The notes under the pieces are model-generated. The model made no database searches. It was not told where the DNA came from and saw only the letters and a list, made by a program, of their open reading frames with translations. From a virus (Duplodnaviria > Caudoviricetes), in the IMG/VR virus record IMGVR_UViG_3300031555_006395, positions 1-64,000 of that record: a DNA stretch of 64,000 nt; one strand, given 5' to 3'. The number at the start of each line of letters is the position of its first letter. Position 1 is the stretch's first letter. The translations under genes and the position numbers were made by a program. Shown one piece after another: positions 46,219-55,446 of this stretch.

Positions 46219-46461
46219 ATGAATGTGAATACGAATAATCTTGTGTCCATTACCGAAGCGAATCAGAATTTTTCCAAAGTGGCGCGCCTTGTTGACGAAA
46301 ATGGGCCTGTTGTTATCCTGAAAAATAATGTACCCAAGTATGTTGTTATTGAATTCGATCAGGTAGCAACGGAGCAGATTGCCGGAGACGAAGATGTTAA
46401 AACTCTTTCCAAGCGTCTGATGGAAAAGAATCGTAAAGCCTACGAGGTACTTGCGAAATGA
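46219..46461 (+). CDS. phd: Phd/YefM-family antitoxin
   Basis: VSITEANQNFSKVARLVDENGPVVILKNNVPKYVVI. Confidence 0.88.
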   Translation: MNVNTNNLVSITEANQNFSKVARLVDENGPVVILKNNVPKYVVIEFDQVATEQIAGDEDVKTLSKRLMEKNRKAYEVLAK

Positions 46462-46838
46462 AAAAATTAAGCTACAACCAAGTCGTTTCATTGCATCATG
46501 AAATGATTATGGAAACAGGCGGGGTAGAAGGAATTCGTGACAATACTTTGTTAGAATCAGCATTGAATGCTCCCTTTCAAGGATACCAAGACACGTATTT
46601 CTACCCAACGATCCAACAAAAAGGGGCAAGATTAGGCTATGGGCTAATTAAAAACCATGCATTTTATGACGGCAATAAGAGAATTGGCGCCCACGTTATG
46701 TTGATCTTTTTAGAATTAAATGGTGTACATCTTACATATTCTCAAGAGGAGTTGATTGATATCGTTTTGCAGATCGCAAGAGATGTTAAAACATTCGATG
46801 ATTTAACTCAGTGGATCTATCAACATGAAAAGAAATAA
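46458..46838 (+). CDS. doc: Doc/Fic-family toxin
   Basis: HAFYDGNKRIG Fic motif; ATGA overlap with the antitoxin. Confidence 0.92.
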   Translation: MKKLSYNQVVSLHHEMIMETGGVEGIRDNTLLESALNAPFQGYQDTYFYPTIQQKGARLGYGLIKNHAFYDGNKRIGAHVMLIFLELNGVHLTYSQEELIDIVLQIARDVKTFDDLTQWIYQHEKK

Positions 46839-46843
46839 ACGGT

Positions 46844-46870
46844 AAAAGCCCAGCGATTGCTGGGCTTTTC
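46844..46870 (+). terminator. Intrinsic terminator closing phd/doc
   Basis: AAAAGCCCAGC-GATT-GCTGGGCTTTT. Confidence 0.8.
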
Positions 46871-46873
46871 TAT

Positions 46874-47407
46874 ATGAAAATGAAAATGGAGGAACACACA
46901 ATGATTATGAATCAAAAACACAAAACTGCAGAAGAACTGGTTGCAATGTTAAAAGATCAATACATTAGCGACTATTGCCGGATGAATGACGCAATGAATT
47001 GCGGTTCCATTTCGCCTGAGTCAAAACAACAGTTATTTAAACTAATGAAATTTATTTTAAAAACCTTCCGCATGACAGTAGAAGAGTTCGATGCCGTTGT
47101 CGCAAAAAGTCAGGAGAAAAAGAAAGCTGCCACCGCAAATGAAATCCAAAATATTATTCTTCTACATAAGGCTGGGTATAAAAACTATCAGATCGCTGAT
47201 TTCATGCACTGGGATCCAATTAAAGTTGGTCGAATTTTAATTGAAAATGGCTATCGGCAAAAAACTGTACATAGAAGAAAAAAGAGCGAAATGGCCCAAG
47301 CAGAAATAATTATGGTAGATGATTTCCGTAAAGCTATGAAAAAACTTCCCCAGTCTGAGCAGCGGAGAATTGAAAAGGTATTTCAAATTCTTAGCGCAAT
47401 GAATTAA
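46874..47407 (+). CDS. Hypothetical HTH-containing protein
   Basis: YKNYQIADFMHWDPIKVGRIL helix-turn-helix-like segment. Confidence 0.6.
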   Translation: MKMKMEEHTMIMNQKHKTAEELVAMLKDQYISDYCRMNDAMNCGSISPESKQQLFKLMKFILKTFRMTVEEFDAVVAKSQEKKKAATANEIQNIILLHKAGYKNYQIADFMHWDPIKVGRILIENGYRQKTVHRRKKSEMAQAEIIMVDDFRKAMKKLPQSEQRRIEKVFQILSAMN

Positions 47408-47434
47408 CTTGACATAACCAACCATTATGATAAG

Positions 47435-47725
47435 ATGAAGGGGGTGATGAATATGGGTATTAAATGGAAACCGTTTATGATTTTTTTCTTCATTATAGGA
47501 ATACTTTGGGTTTTAGTTGGTATCATTGATGCTGATTATCAACCAGAAGCAATATCGTTCGGATTACTTTGTATGTTTCCTTTTGCAATCTATCGTCTCA
47601 GTTTGCTTCAAGATCGCTTAGAAGAAAAAGATAATAAGGACGAAAATCAAATCAGTATTCCAAGTGAAACCCAAGAGGAAACAAAGGATGAAAGAGATAA
47701 ATTTTTTGATCCAGAAGATTATTAA
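47435..47725 (+). CDS. Two-TM membrane protein with its own promoter
   Basis: Two hydrophobic helices; TTGACA at 47409 and TG-extended TAAGAT at 47431. Confidence 0.65.
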   Translation: MKGVMNMGIKWKPFMIFFFIIGILWVLVGIIDADYQPEAISFGLLCMFPFAIYRLSLLQDRLEEKDNKDENQISIPSETQEETKDERDKFFDPEDY

Positions 47726-47765
47726 AAGAAAATGGAAATATCTGGTAAATCAATTTTATTCTATA

Positions 47766-47793
47766 TTGACATTTTAATCATATTATATATAAT
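47766..47793 (+). promoter_or_regulatory. sigma-A promoter
   Basis: TTGACA-N16-TATAAT. Confidence 0.6.
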
Positions 47794-47805
47794 GAAATTG
47801 AAAGG

Positions 47806-49344
47806 ATGATAAAAATGAAAACAATGGATGTACATAACTGGAATGACTTTAAAAATAATTCGATGGAGAGGGTTCGCCTTCTCGATACGATTGTAAGAGC
47901 TGTTGAATACGATGGCGGTGCAGAATGTATTGCCGGTACGAATACTCTTGACGAGATTAAGTCTTTATTCCCTCAGTACAGAAAGACTTATAAAAATAAT
48001 AAACTTTACATTGAAAAGGAGCAGAGAACTATGAAAACTATCGCCAACATGAATCACGAAGATACTTACGAAATGGATAATGTTATCAGTTTGAATATGC
48101 TGGATGCGGAAGACATTATCAATGACGAGATCGATAGCGCCGATGAAGAGCAGGTAATGGAGGCCGACGAAGTAATGGAGGCTCTGAGCGCCGCAGCCGA
48201 AGAGCTCGATGATGAAAATGAAATTGAAATGAAGCAGCATGATTGGTCTTCTGAAACAATTACCGTCAGAGCTCTTTTAAAAAGATATAAGGACAATAAA
48301 ATTGAATTGCCGCTGTGCCAGAGACTTTATGTCTGGACAAAGAACCAGCGTGAAGCATTGATGGATTCTGTACGTCTTGGTCTCCCTTGTGGAATGATCA
48401 TTGTTGCTGATGTAGACGGCAAAAAATATCTTCTCGATGGACTGCAGAGAACAACGTCGCTGATGCTTATGAGCGACAACAAGAATCTGACCGCCGAAGA
48501 AAAGAAAATGATTCTGGATTATAAGATTACCATTGGAACGGTTTACGATATGGACATTGCCACTATGAAAATGTATTTTGGTCGATTGAATAGCGGTATG
48601 GCTTTGGCTACTGCAGTCAAAGAGAGATCGAAACTTTCTGAAGCTATCAATAACGCCATCCTGAAGGTCGCCAGTCATCCTTTCTTTAGAGATGCCGATA
48701 CAAATGCCACTTTCAAAAAGGCGCATCATCATGAGCTGATCGCCATGAATTCGCTTTTGGCGGCTTCTAAATGCGATCAGACGAAGAATAACGCAAAAGA
48801 GTTGGGCAGAGCGCTGGCCGCAAATGAAAACGTGATTCTGGAAAATGTAGATAAAGCCTGTAAGCTTGTTGAGCGTATGATGAACGTAATGGCTGAGCTG
48901 CCCGCTGCGGTTATGAAACGCGCCATGAATGCAAACTATATTGGAGTGTTGGCATTTGTACTGGCTCGAAATGAAATCAGCGATAAAGCTGTAAAAGCTG
49001 CAACCGAATATATCTTTAAAGATAAACGAGCGGTAAAATCTTATTCCCGTACTACCAGTTCTGGTGCCGGTGATCTTCGTATGGTGAAACAGAGATACGA
49101 CGTGATTCTCGATGTAGTTAAAACATACAGTGATGCCGGATCGACCAATGAAGATGCTTTTAAAGTTTGGTGCCAGGACAATAGTAATGGTGTATTGAAA
49201 ACTTCTGATAAAGAGTATATCGTGGACTTCAATGAGTTTATTCAGGCGGAAAAAGAGGCGTTGTTTAATGCGATGCGAAAGAATGATATGAAAACCTACG
49301 ATAAAATTATCCGTACTACCTATAATAACTTGGAGGCAGAGTAA
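47806..49344 (+). CDS. DUF262 (ParB/Srx-like, GmrS-type) domain protein
   Basis: LPLCQRLYVWT...LMDSVRLGLPCG...YLLDGLQRTTSL. Confidence 0.8.
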   Translation: MIKMKTMDVHNWNDFKNNSMERVRLLDTIVRAVEYDGGAECIAGTNTLDEIKSLFPQYRKTYKNNKLYIEKEQRTMKTIANMNHEDTYEMDNVISLNMLDAEDIINDEIDSADEEQVMEADEVMEALSAAAEELDDENEIEMKQHDWSSETITVRALLKRYKDNKIELPLCQRLYVWTKNQREALMDSVRLGLPCGMIIVADVDGKKYLLDGLQRTTSLMLMSDNKNLTAEEKKMILDYKITIGTVYDMDIATMKMYFGRLNSGMALATAVKERSKLSEAINNAILKVASHPFFRDADTNATFKKAHHHELIAMNSLLAASKCDQTKNNAKELGRALAANENVILENVDKACKLVERMMNVMAELPAAVMKRAMNANYIGVLAFVLARNEISDKAVKAATEYIFKDKRAVKSYSRTTSSGAGDLRMVKQRYDVILDVVKTYSDAGSTNEDAFKVWCQDNSNGVLKTSDKEYIVDFNEFIQAEKEALFNAMRKNDMKTYDKIIRTTYNNLEAE

Positions 49345-49423
49345 TCTGCCTCCACTCTTTCTATCGCTGCTTCTATGAAAAAGTATAAATATATGGTAGA
49401 ATACAAAAGAAGGGAGTGATAAT

Positions 49424-50203
49424 ATGAGAACCCCAACGAAAATCACAACGGCCATAGGCTTGTTTTTAGGTGCCGGTCTTTTAGAATTCAAAGATCAGTT
49501 GAGAGCTGAAGCAGCGGAAGCCCATATGGATTATTTCTTCTATCAGATGGACAGGACATCTTTAAGTCTGGAACACGCCTTATTTGATTATTATCGTATG
49601 GTAATCCATTTTACAACAAAAGGCTTGGTTAAATCCAAACTCAATGATTTTATGGATGAATTCTATGATGATCCTATTATTGCTCCATTGTCTAATGACG
49701 ATGCCAATGAACTGGCTTTAGCCTTGGTAGAGCGATATTACGATACTTATAATTTTTTTCCGTTCGATAGTCATGCTCCATTTAAGCATCTTATAAAGAC
49801 GGCACCGATATATACTCAGGATTTTCTGTATGGTTGCTGTTATAAAAACGGGATCAGTTGGCGCTCTTGGATCGATTGGCGTATCCCTGATTACCAGTAC
49901 AGAGGAATTCGGGATATGAAAAAGAATCCAAATCATCCTATTCTTTATAATCCAATGAAAGAGTGGGGACCAGTCGAGGATCGAACAAAAATCATATATG
50001 AGCAACGCGAAGCTGCGCTGAAAACATATATCGAGAAGAAAGGATATAAATTCAGCGGAAACAATGCCCGCCATTTTTGGGGATATGGAACCAACAGAGA
50101 AAACGGTTCATTGGGTTCCGCTTGCTTTTATCTCGAAAAAATTGTGGATGACGATTACATTATCGCGGCGATGGCTACTCCTCATTCCCCCATCAGACTG
50201 TAA
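49424..50203 (+). CDS. Hypothetical protein
   Basis: GGGAG site; 259-aa open frame. Confidence 0.7.
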   Translation: MRTPTKITTAIGLFLGAGLLEFKDQLRAEAAEAHMDYFFYQMDRTSLSLEHALFDYYRMVIHFTTKGLVKSKLNDFMDEFYDDPIIAPLSNDDANELALALVERYYDTYNFFPFDSHAPFKHLIKTAPIYTQDFLYGCCYKNGISWRSWIDWRIPDYQYRGIRDMKKNPNHPILYNPMKEWGPVEDRTKIIYEQREAALKTYIEKKGYKFSGNNARHFWGYGTNRENGSLGSACFYLEKIVDDDYIIAAMATPHSPIRL

Positions 50204-50299
50204 CCGTTATGATTATTGAGCCTCTTCTATGAAGAGGCTCTCTCTTATAAAGTGCGCTTGGTCGATACAAAGGAAAAATTTAAAGGAGGTAAATATAAA

Positions 50300-50698
50300 A
50301 TGAAATTGATTCTATTAAGAGATTGTGAAAATGTTTTGTATATTGCATCAGTTGATTCTGACAACACTTTTACAATCGATAAATCCATTTCCATTCTTTT
50401 TGATCGCCAGAAGATCGAAACGATGGCAATCAGTAGAGTCTTTGAGGGAAATATGACAGATTTCATACCGGCTTTCCAACCGGTTGCTATTGATCCAAAA
50501 GGTCTGTTGCCTTGTCCTTTTTGTGGGTCAACTCAGTTAACGATTGGAACCAGTTACGAAATCAGTGGAGATCCTGACGGACATGATAATTATTGTGTGT
50601 GTTGCGATTATACAAAGGGTGGATGCGGAGCTTGTTCTGGTGTACGTGAAACTGAAACTGAAGCCATACGAAGATGGAATCAAAGGGTGAAACGATGA
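50300..50698 (+). CDS. Lar-like restriction-alleviation family protein
   Basis: LLPCPFCG...CGAC...EAIRRWNQR. Confidence 0.65.
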   Translation: MKLILLRDCENVLYIASVDSDNTFTIDKSISILFDRQKIETMAISRVFEGNMTDFIPAFQPVAIDPKGLLPCPFCGSTQLTIGTSYEISGDPDGHDNYCVCCDYTKGGCGACSGVRETETEAIRRWNQRVKR

Positions 50699-50925
50699 GA
50701 TTATATTTTGCAAATCGATTTGATGAAAGACGTTTGATTGGCGAACCGAAAACAAAACAACAAGCAATGAAAATGATTGCGGATTTTTGTAAGGCACACG
50801 ATTACTCTTTTATATACGTCAGAACTTGGGAAGATGACGATGGAGCAACCGTTTATGATGTGGGCAGCCATTCAGAATTCTTTTACTTATATTCTGATGA
50901 AAGGGGAGAGGAAAATGTTTTGTAA
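50695..50925 (+). CDS. Small hypothetical protein
   Basis: YVRTW...YDVGSHSEFF; coupled to neighbours. Confidence 0.65.
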   Translation: MRLYFANRFDERRLIGEPKTKQQAMKMIADFCKAHDYSFIYVRTWEDDDGATVYDVGSHSEFFYLYSDERGEENVL

Positions 50926-51136
50926 TAGTCTAGCATCCGTCGAGCAAATCGATATTTCTGTGTTGGGTACAGACAATCAGCATTATGATTTACATGCACA
51001 AGATTTTTACCATTGTGAAAATGCGACTCTTTCTATTGAAAAATATAGTCGGCCTTTCCCCAAATATAAAATAACACTGCAATTTGAATGCGATTCTTAT
51101 TCGATGGAAACTCTACGAAAAAACTTAATATATTGA
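50915..51136 (+). CDS. Small hypothetical protein
   Basis: GGGGAG site. Confidence 0.55.
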   Translation: MFCNSLASVEQIDISVLGTDNQHYDLHAQDFYHCENATLSIEKYSRPFPKYKITLQFECDSYSMETLRKNLIY

Positions 51137-51156
51137 AAAATAAAGGGTGGTTGTAT

Positions 51157-51606
51157 ATGAAAATTAAAGACATAAAATATGTAAACACAAAAGAAACCAG
51201 AACAGACGGCAGATATCCTTTGCGCATCGGCAGTATCGTAGATTATTATATTAAGCCTGAGATAGGTTATCCAATGTTATTGTCGTACAAAAAAGATAAT
51301 AAAGGTAAAGATAAAGCCGGTATTCTTAGAACAAGTTTAATCAGAAAGATTGTAGAAACTGAAACAGAAATCAGTATTGAAACCGTGAACAGTATTTATG
51401 TATTAGAAAAAGAGACGATTGGAGGAATGTATATGAATGAAGTGTGCGGAGATAATCGGTTTGAAATAATTTCGAAAGCGAAAAATCATTTGATCGAAAG
51501 CACCAATATTGAAACGGCTGCAGATGAGATGAAAGTATTAGATAGTTTCCTATATCGTTGTTGGCAGATGGGTTGGTTGGATCAGTATGACACATCCAAA
51601 CAGTAA
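51157..51606 (+). CDS. Hypothetical protein, apparent in-frame fusion of two small genes
   Basis: Internal GGAGG plus ATG at 51433. Confidence 0.65.
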   Translation: MKIKDIKYVNTKETRTDGRYPLRIGSIVDYYIKPEIGYPMLLSYKKDNKGKDKAGILRTSLIRKIVETETEISIETVNSIYVLEKETIGGMYMNEVCGDNRFEIISKAKNHLIESTNIETAADEMKVLDSFLYRCWQMGWLDQYDTSKQ

Positions 51607-51620
51607 AGGGAGGCTTACAT

Positions 51621-51770
51621 ATTAGAAAACTGTATGGTTCTCTTATGTTTTTGGGAAAGGTATTGATAGTATTGGCTAGTATTCCTGTTGCAATCGTTTT
51701 GGCTGTCGCAACAACCGCATTAATTGTTGCATCCGCTCTTGGCTTAGTATATTGCATGAGCAGATTTTAG
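51621..51770 (+). CDS. Small single-TM hydrophobic peptide (not in the ORF track)
   Basis: GGGAGG 7 nt before in-frame ATT at 51621 (ATG alternative at 51645); VLIVLASIPVAIVLAVATTALIVASALGLVY. Confidence 0.5.
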   Translation: MRKLYGSLMFLGKVLIVLASIPVAIVLAVATTALIVASALGLVYCMSRF

Positions 51771-51781
51771 ACAAAAGAAAG

Positions 51782-51803
51782 GGGAGAGGTTACGACCTCT
51801 CCC
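51782..51803. terminator. Hairpin between convergent transcripts
   Basis: GGGAGAGG-TTACGA-CCTCTCCC. Confidence 0.6.
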
Positions 51804-52239
51804 TTCCCATCAGCTCAAGTTTTAAATCTACGTATTGTTGCGGGATACCGGCAAGAATCGCAAGTTGCTCTTTTGAAAAACTGATATGTTCTTCAATGAA
51901 ATCATCAGATAACAATAACTCTGCTACAAAAAGATTTGCCTCTCGTTCAGGACGATATTCAAATCCCCAGGGTGAATCCGCTTCTGTGAATGCGGCCAAA
52001 TGACGATGCAGAACCTGGTGTGCAATCTCGTGAGCAATAACAACCCTCTTTTCCTCATCGCTCAAATCTTCTTTTAACAAAATGTAATCGAATCCAAACG
52101 AGGAATAAAATAATCCCTTCGTTTTATTCAGAGGGCGTTCCCAAATTTCAATGCAAAGACATTCACATAATTCATACGGATCTCTTGTTCCATATAAAGA
52201 AATCAATTCTAAGGCTTTGCTTTTAATGAAACTTTTCAA
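51790..52239 (-). CDS. immA: ImmA/IrrE-family metallopeptidase anti-repressor
   Basis: AHEIAH (HExxH), EREANLFVAELL. Confidence 0.88.
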   Translation of the reverse strand: MKSFIKSKALELISLYGTRDPYELCECLCIEIWERPLNKTKGLFYSSFGFDYILLKEDLSDEEKRVVIAHEIAHQVLHRHLAAFTEADSPWGFEYRPEREANLFVAELLLSDDFIEEHISFSKEQLAILAGIPQQYVDLKLELMGRERS

Positions 52240-52245
52240 TTATAA

Positions 52246-52620
52246 TTACTCCTCATTTTTCGATTTGGCGATTCCGGCTTTGATTTTGGCATCAATATAC
52301 ATTTCTGAAATCGCATTATAAATAATTCCCAAATCGTTTTCATCCATTTTTCCACCCATATATAAAGCGGAAATCTGATTAATAACTTCTTTGGGATCAT
52401 TATAATTTATATCTTGTCCAATAAAGCGGTCTTCAACTAGAGCTGCGGGAGAAACATTTAAAGCTTGGGCTAAGCTGTTAATACTTTTTAGAGTTGGCTG
52501 CTTTTCGTTACGCTCCCAAACACCAATGGATCTATCGGAGATACCCAGCTTTTCCGCAAGTTCAACTCTTGTCATTCCTGCATTCGTTCGAATGGTTTTC
52601 AAATTATCTCCAAAACTCAT
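52246..52620 (-). CDS. immR: XRE-family HTH repressor (ImmR-like)
   Basis: MTRVELAEKLGISDRSIGVWERNEKQP; co-transcribed with immA. Confidence 0.85.
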   Translation of the reverse strand: MSFGDNLKTIRTNAGMTRVELAEKLGISDRSIGVWERNEKQPTLKSINSLAQALNVSPAALVEDRFIGQDINYNDPKEVINQISALYMGGKMDENDLGIIYNAISEMYIDAKIKAGIAKSKNEE

Positions 52621-52633
52621 GCTTTCTGTCCCC

Positions 52634-52662
52634 TTTACAAACTAAAAGATGTATGATATTAT
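52634..52662 (+). promoter_or_regulatory. sigma-A promoter divergent from the repressor
   Basis: TTTACA-N17-TATTAT with TG extension. Confidence 0.6.
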
Positions 52663-52764
52663 GACTTTGCAATCTTTAAAACGGATATTTAATCAAAAAA
52701 CAATTTTTAAGTTGTTTTTATTCTATCAAAACATACTTGCTTTGTCAACAAAAGGAGTCAAAAA

Positions 52765-53076
52765 ATGAAGCTTTTAAACGAAGAAATTGAAACGATGTAT
52801 TCTGATTACGATTTCTCTGGCTTGATTGTAAATTCACTGCCAAACCAAGTAGAATATCTTCTCCCAATTGTTCCACAGGTGAATTTTATTTTTGACGATT
52901 TTTTCTACCGGAATGAAATCGATATCCCGTTTGATAGTTCTTATTATTTAAGGATTATCCGTTCAGCGACGGCATTTTTATTCGATCTATTTGCTTGTGA
53001 TGATAATGCGAATTTCACCTCTGTACATATTCAATCTGTCGAAGATTGGATTTTAAAAAAGGTTGCAATTTTATAA
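52765..53076 (+). CDS. Acidic hypothetical protein
   Basis: AAGGAG site. Confidence 0.7.
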   Translation: MKLLNEEIETMYSDYDFSGLIVNSLPNQVEYLLPIVPQVNFIFDDFFYRNEIDIPFDSSYYLRIIRSATAFLFDLFACDDNANFTSVHIQSVEDWILKKVAIL

Positions 53077-53091
53077 AGAATATGGTATTCT
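53063..53091 (+). promoter_or_regulatory. sigma-A promoter
   Basis: TTGCAA-N17-TATTCT with TG extension. Confidence 0.55.
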
Positions 53092-53101
53092 TTACTAAGA
53101 G

Positions 53102-54403
53102 GTGATAAAATTGATTCATAACAGAGAAGAGCTTAATAAAGCCCTACAAACAATTTTTCAAACGAATGATGCTGTACTGCGTTCTGGCGCAGCTCAAAAA
53201 CTTTATGAAAATAAAGGTATTTCCCAAATTGAAGTATTTAATATTTGGGGTGGAAATACGGCCATCGAAGATGCTCCTGATGAATTAGTTTGTGCTCTGG
53301 CTCAATTTCTTCACCCTCACAACAAGAGATTGTTACAAGGATGGGATACTCTTTTTACAGATGAAGTGAAAAATAAATCCTTTAAACAAAAAACGGATGA
53401 TGAAAAGACTTACCCAATTATTATTAAAAATGCAGTTTTAATTAACCATAATCATTACCTTGCATCGATTCACATTTCGCAACTGTTTAAGCTTCAGCAT
53501 CAAGGTTTACTGAGACGAGAAGCAGATACACAGCGAGAAACCATTACAAAGGTTGTCAATGGTGTGAAAATCTCGTATATCAACGTGGATTATGACCAGG
53601 TGTTTCAAATTGCGAAGGCATTAAAAGAACGAAAATATTTCCCCGATGAGCTTAAAATTAATATCATTGATAATGGAAACGCCCTATTTGAATATGATGA
53701 TAATAAAAAAGAGTTAATTATTCGCGCCGGCGATTTAAGCGTTGTCGATGGTAATCACCGTCTTTTGGCGATTGAAGCTGCGATGGGGGAGGATCCTACA
53801 ATAGACTTATCTTTCCCTGTATCGATAACCTATTATCCAATTTGGAAATCGCAGGAAATGTTAATCCAACAGGAGAAAAAGCGCCCCATCAATAAAGCTT
53901 TGATTAAAACGTTTGCAAATACGCAGGAAAATGCTGTCGTAGCTGAAATTTATCGAAATAACCTGCTCATGCCTGGACTTGAGATTACTAAAGAAGAATA
54001 CGCAGCATATAATGGTTATGCGCATATTCTGTATTCTGACCTTGCTGATGCTGTTAATTTAAGCTACTCTCAAACAGAAATAGCGATGAAAAAAGATGAG
54101 GTCGTCGAGAATGTCGTAAAAGCAATCAATCTCTTCGCAATGAATAAATCTCATTTCTTTTTCAATGAGTCAGGGTCGATTCGACGTAGAAATCTATTCA
54201 TTAAAAAATGCGGCGGTTTGTACTATATGATTAAAGCGTATCAATATGCTCAAAAGAGTACGGATTCCAGTGCAGTTTATTTAAATATTATTGAAAATAC
54301 AGATTATGATCGTTATTCCTATGCATTTACTCATGCAGGGCCTAACAATCTAAACCAGGTTCAGGCAATCGATCGTTTGATTGAGGAGGCCGCTCATGCT
54401 TAA
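53102..54403 (+). CDS. DGQHR/ParB-like domain protein (SPbeta YopQ-like)
   Basis: VVDGNHRLLAI; preceded by QRE...I-V-xxQV; adjacent to an MrpR-like gene. Confidence 0.72.
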   Translation: MIKLIHNREELNKALQTIFQTNDAVLRSGAAQKLYENKGISQIEVFNIWGGNTAIEDAPDELVCALAQFLHPHNKRLLQGWDTLFTDEVKNKSFKQKTDDEKTYPIIIKNAVLINHNHYLASIHISQLFKLQHQGLLRREADTQRETITKVVNGVKISYINVDYDQVFQIAKALKERKYFPDELKINIIDNGNALFEYDDNKKELIIRAGDLSVVDGNHRLLAIEAAMGEDPTIDLSFPVSITYYPIWKSQEMLIQQEKKRPINKALIKTFANTQENAVVAEIYRNNLLMPGLEITKEEYAAYNGYAHILYSDLADAVNLSYSQTEIAMKKDEVVENVVKAINLFAMNKSHFFFNESGSIRRRNLFIKKCGGLYYMIKAYQYAQKSTDSSAVYLNIIENTDYDRYSYAFTHAGPNNLNQVQAIDRLIEEAAHA

Positions 54404-55343
54404 CGAAGAATTAAAAATGGAATATCTAAATGCTGTTTGTATGAACGCTCCCGAATCCCGCAGAACGGTTTATATAAACAAAATGAAACGCCTGTCTCAG
54501 AATATTGAGGTTGTCTTTAATAAGGATTTTTGCAATATTTCATTTGGAGAATACCAAGCTTTCTTTACAAGCGGCGCTTATTCTGATACCCGTACTGCCG
54601 GTAATGATTTACGTTTCATTTCGAATTATATCGAGTGGTGTTTTTACAACAACAAATTCCCACGTGTGATGAATAATGCGCAGCTTTTGTTAAAACAGCT
54701 GAAGCCAACAGATATTGTTAAAGGTGCCATTCGAAACAAGATTTTATTTTCACCTGCAGAATTAATCGATTATATAGATATATTGTGTTCAGGAAGTTCA
54801 AAATACTACTTGTTTATGCCTGTTTCAATTCTTCTGTTTTCTGGTGTTTCGTTCGATGAAATACACTTGATCAAACGCGATGATATTGATAATCTTGCGA
54901 TGACAATTCATTTCAACGATGTAATTTTAGATATTCCCCATGAATTTCAATTACACGTTAATAGAATTCTAAATCGAGAGAAAAAAGTTGAGGTCTTCGC
55001 TTTTAGAACCGATGATTCTCGTTCGTACACAATGTATGACGCATATCCGGATATGTTTTGTACTGTATATAATCACACAGGTATTCCACCGTCAAATTCG
55101 ATACAGAAATCTTATACTGTCTCTTTATCTACCGCAAAGGCAGCTGTTGATACGGGAGTTAAAAAAATCGGACCGTTGGATATTGCTATCTCAGGTTTAT
55201 TTTATCGGTTAAATAAAAACAAATATACGGATTTAAATAATCCATTGGCGCAGCAATTTTTATTGAGATTTAATAATTCTGGAAATAAAATGAAAGAATT
55301 AACCCTGTTATATAGTGAGTATTTAGATAGTATAAATGAATAG
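54396..55343 (+). CDS. Catalytically dead tyrosine-recombinase-fold protein, MrpR (YopR)-like repressor
   Basis: SAM-like N-terminal region; LLFSGVSFDEI lacks the catalytic Arg and DIAISG replaces HxxR. Confidence 0.65.
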   Translation: MLNEELKMEYLNAVCMNAPESRRTVYINKMKRLSQNIEVVFNKDFCNISFGEYQAFFTSGAYSDTRTAGNDLRFISNYIEWCFYNNKFPRVMNNAQLLLKQLKPTDIVKGAIRNKILFSPAELIDYIDILCSGSSKYYLFMPVSILLFSGVSFDEIHLIKRDDIDNLAMTIHFNDVILDIPHEFQLHVNRILNREKKVEVFAFRTDDSRSYTMYDAYPDMFCTVYNHTGIPPSNSIQKSYTVSLSTAKAAVDTGVKKIGPLDIAISGLFYRLNKNKYTDLNNPLAQQFLLRFNNSGNKMKELTLLYSEYLDSINE

Positions 55344-55388
55344 AAGCCCAATTATTTGGGCTTTATAATATTAAATGAAATTAAACTA

Positions 55389-55417
55389 TTGATAAAATTA
55401 GAGTTTTATGTTATAAT
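55389..55417 (+). promoter_or_regulatory. sigma-A promoter for mazF
   Basis: TTGATA-N17-TATAAT with TG extension. Confidence 0.75.
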
Positions 55418-55446
55418 AACGACACCAAAACGAAAGGAGGACGTCA

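Noticed and set aside
34952-49491. Long minus-strand ORFs in the early arm (34952-35656, 36785-37504, 38828-39559, 41091-41888, 48277-49491)
   Set aside because: Each is fully antisense to well-supported plus-strand genes and has atypical Ile/Phe/His-rich composition.
51790-53100. Arbitrium (aimR/aimP/aimX) locus
   Set aside because: No ~380-aa TPR receptor or signal-peptide-bearing micro-ORF is present near the repressors.
54396-55343. A third active integrase
   Set aside because: The catalytic Arg and HxxR motifs are replaced, so it is treated as an MrpR-like DNA-binding protein.
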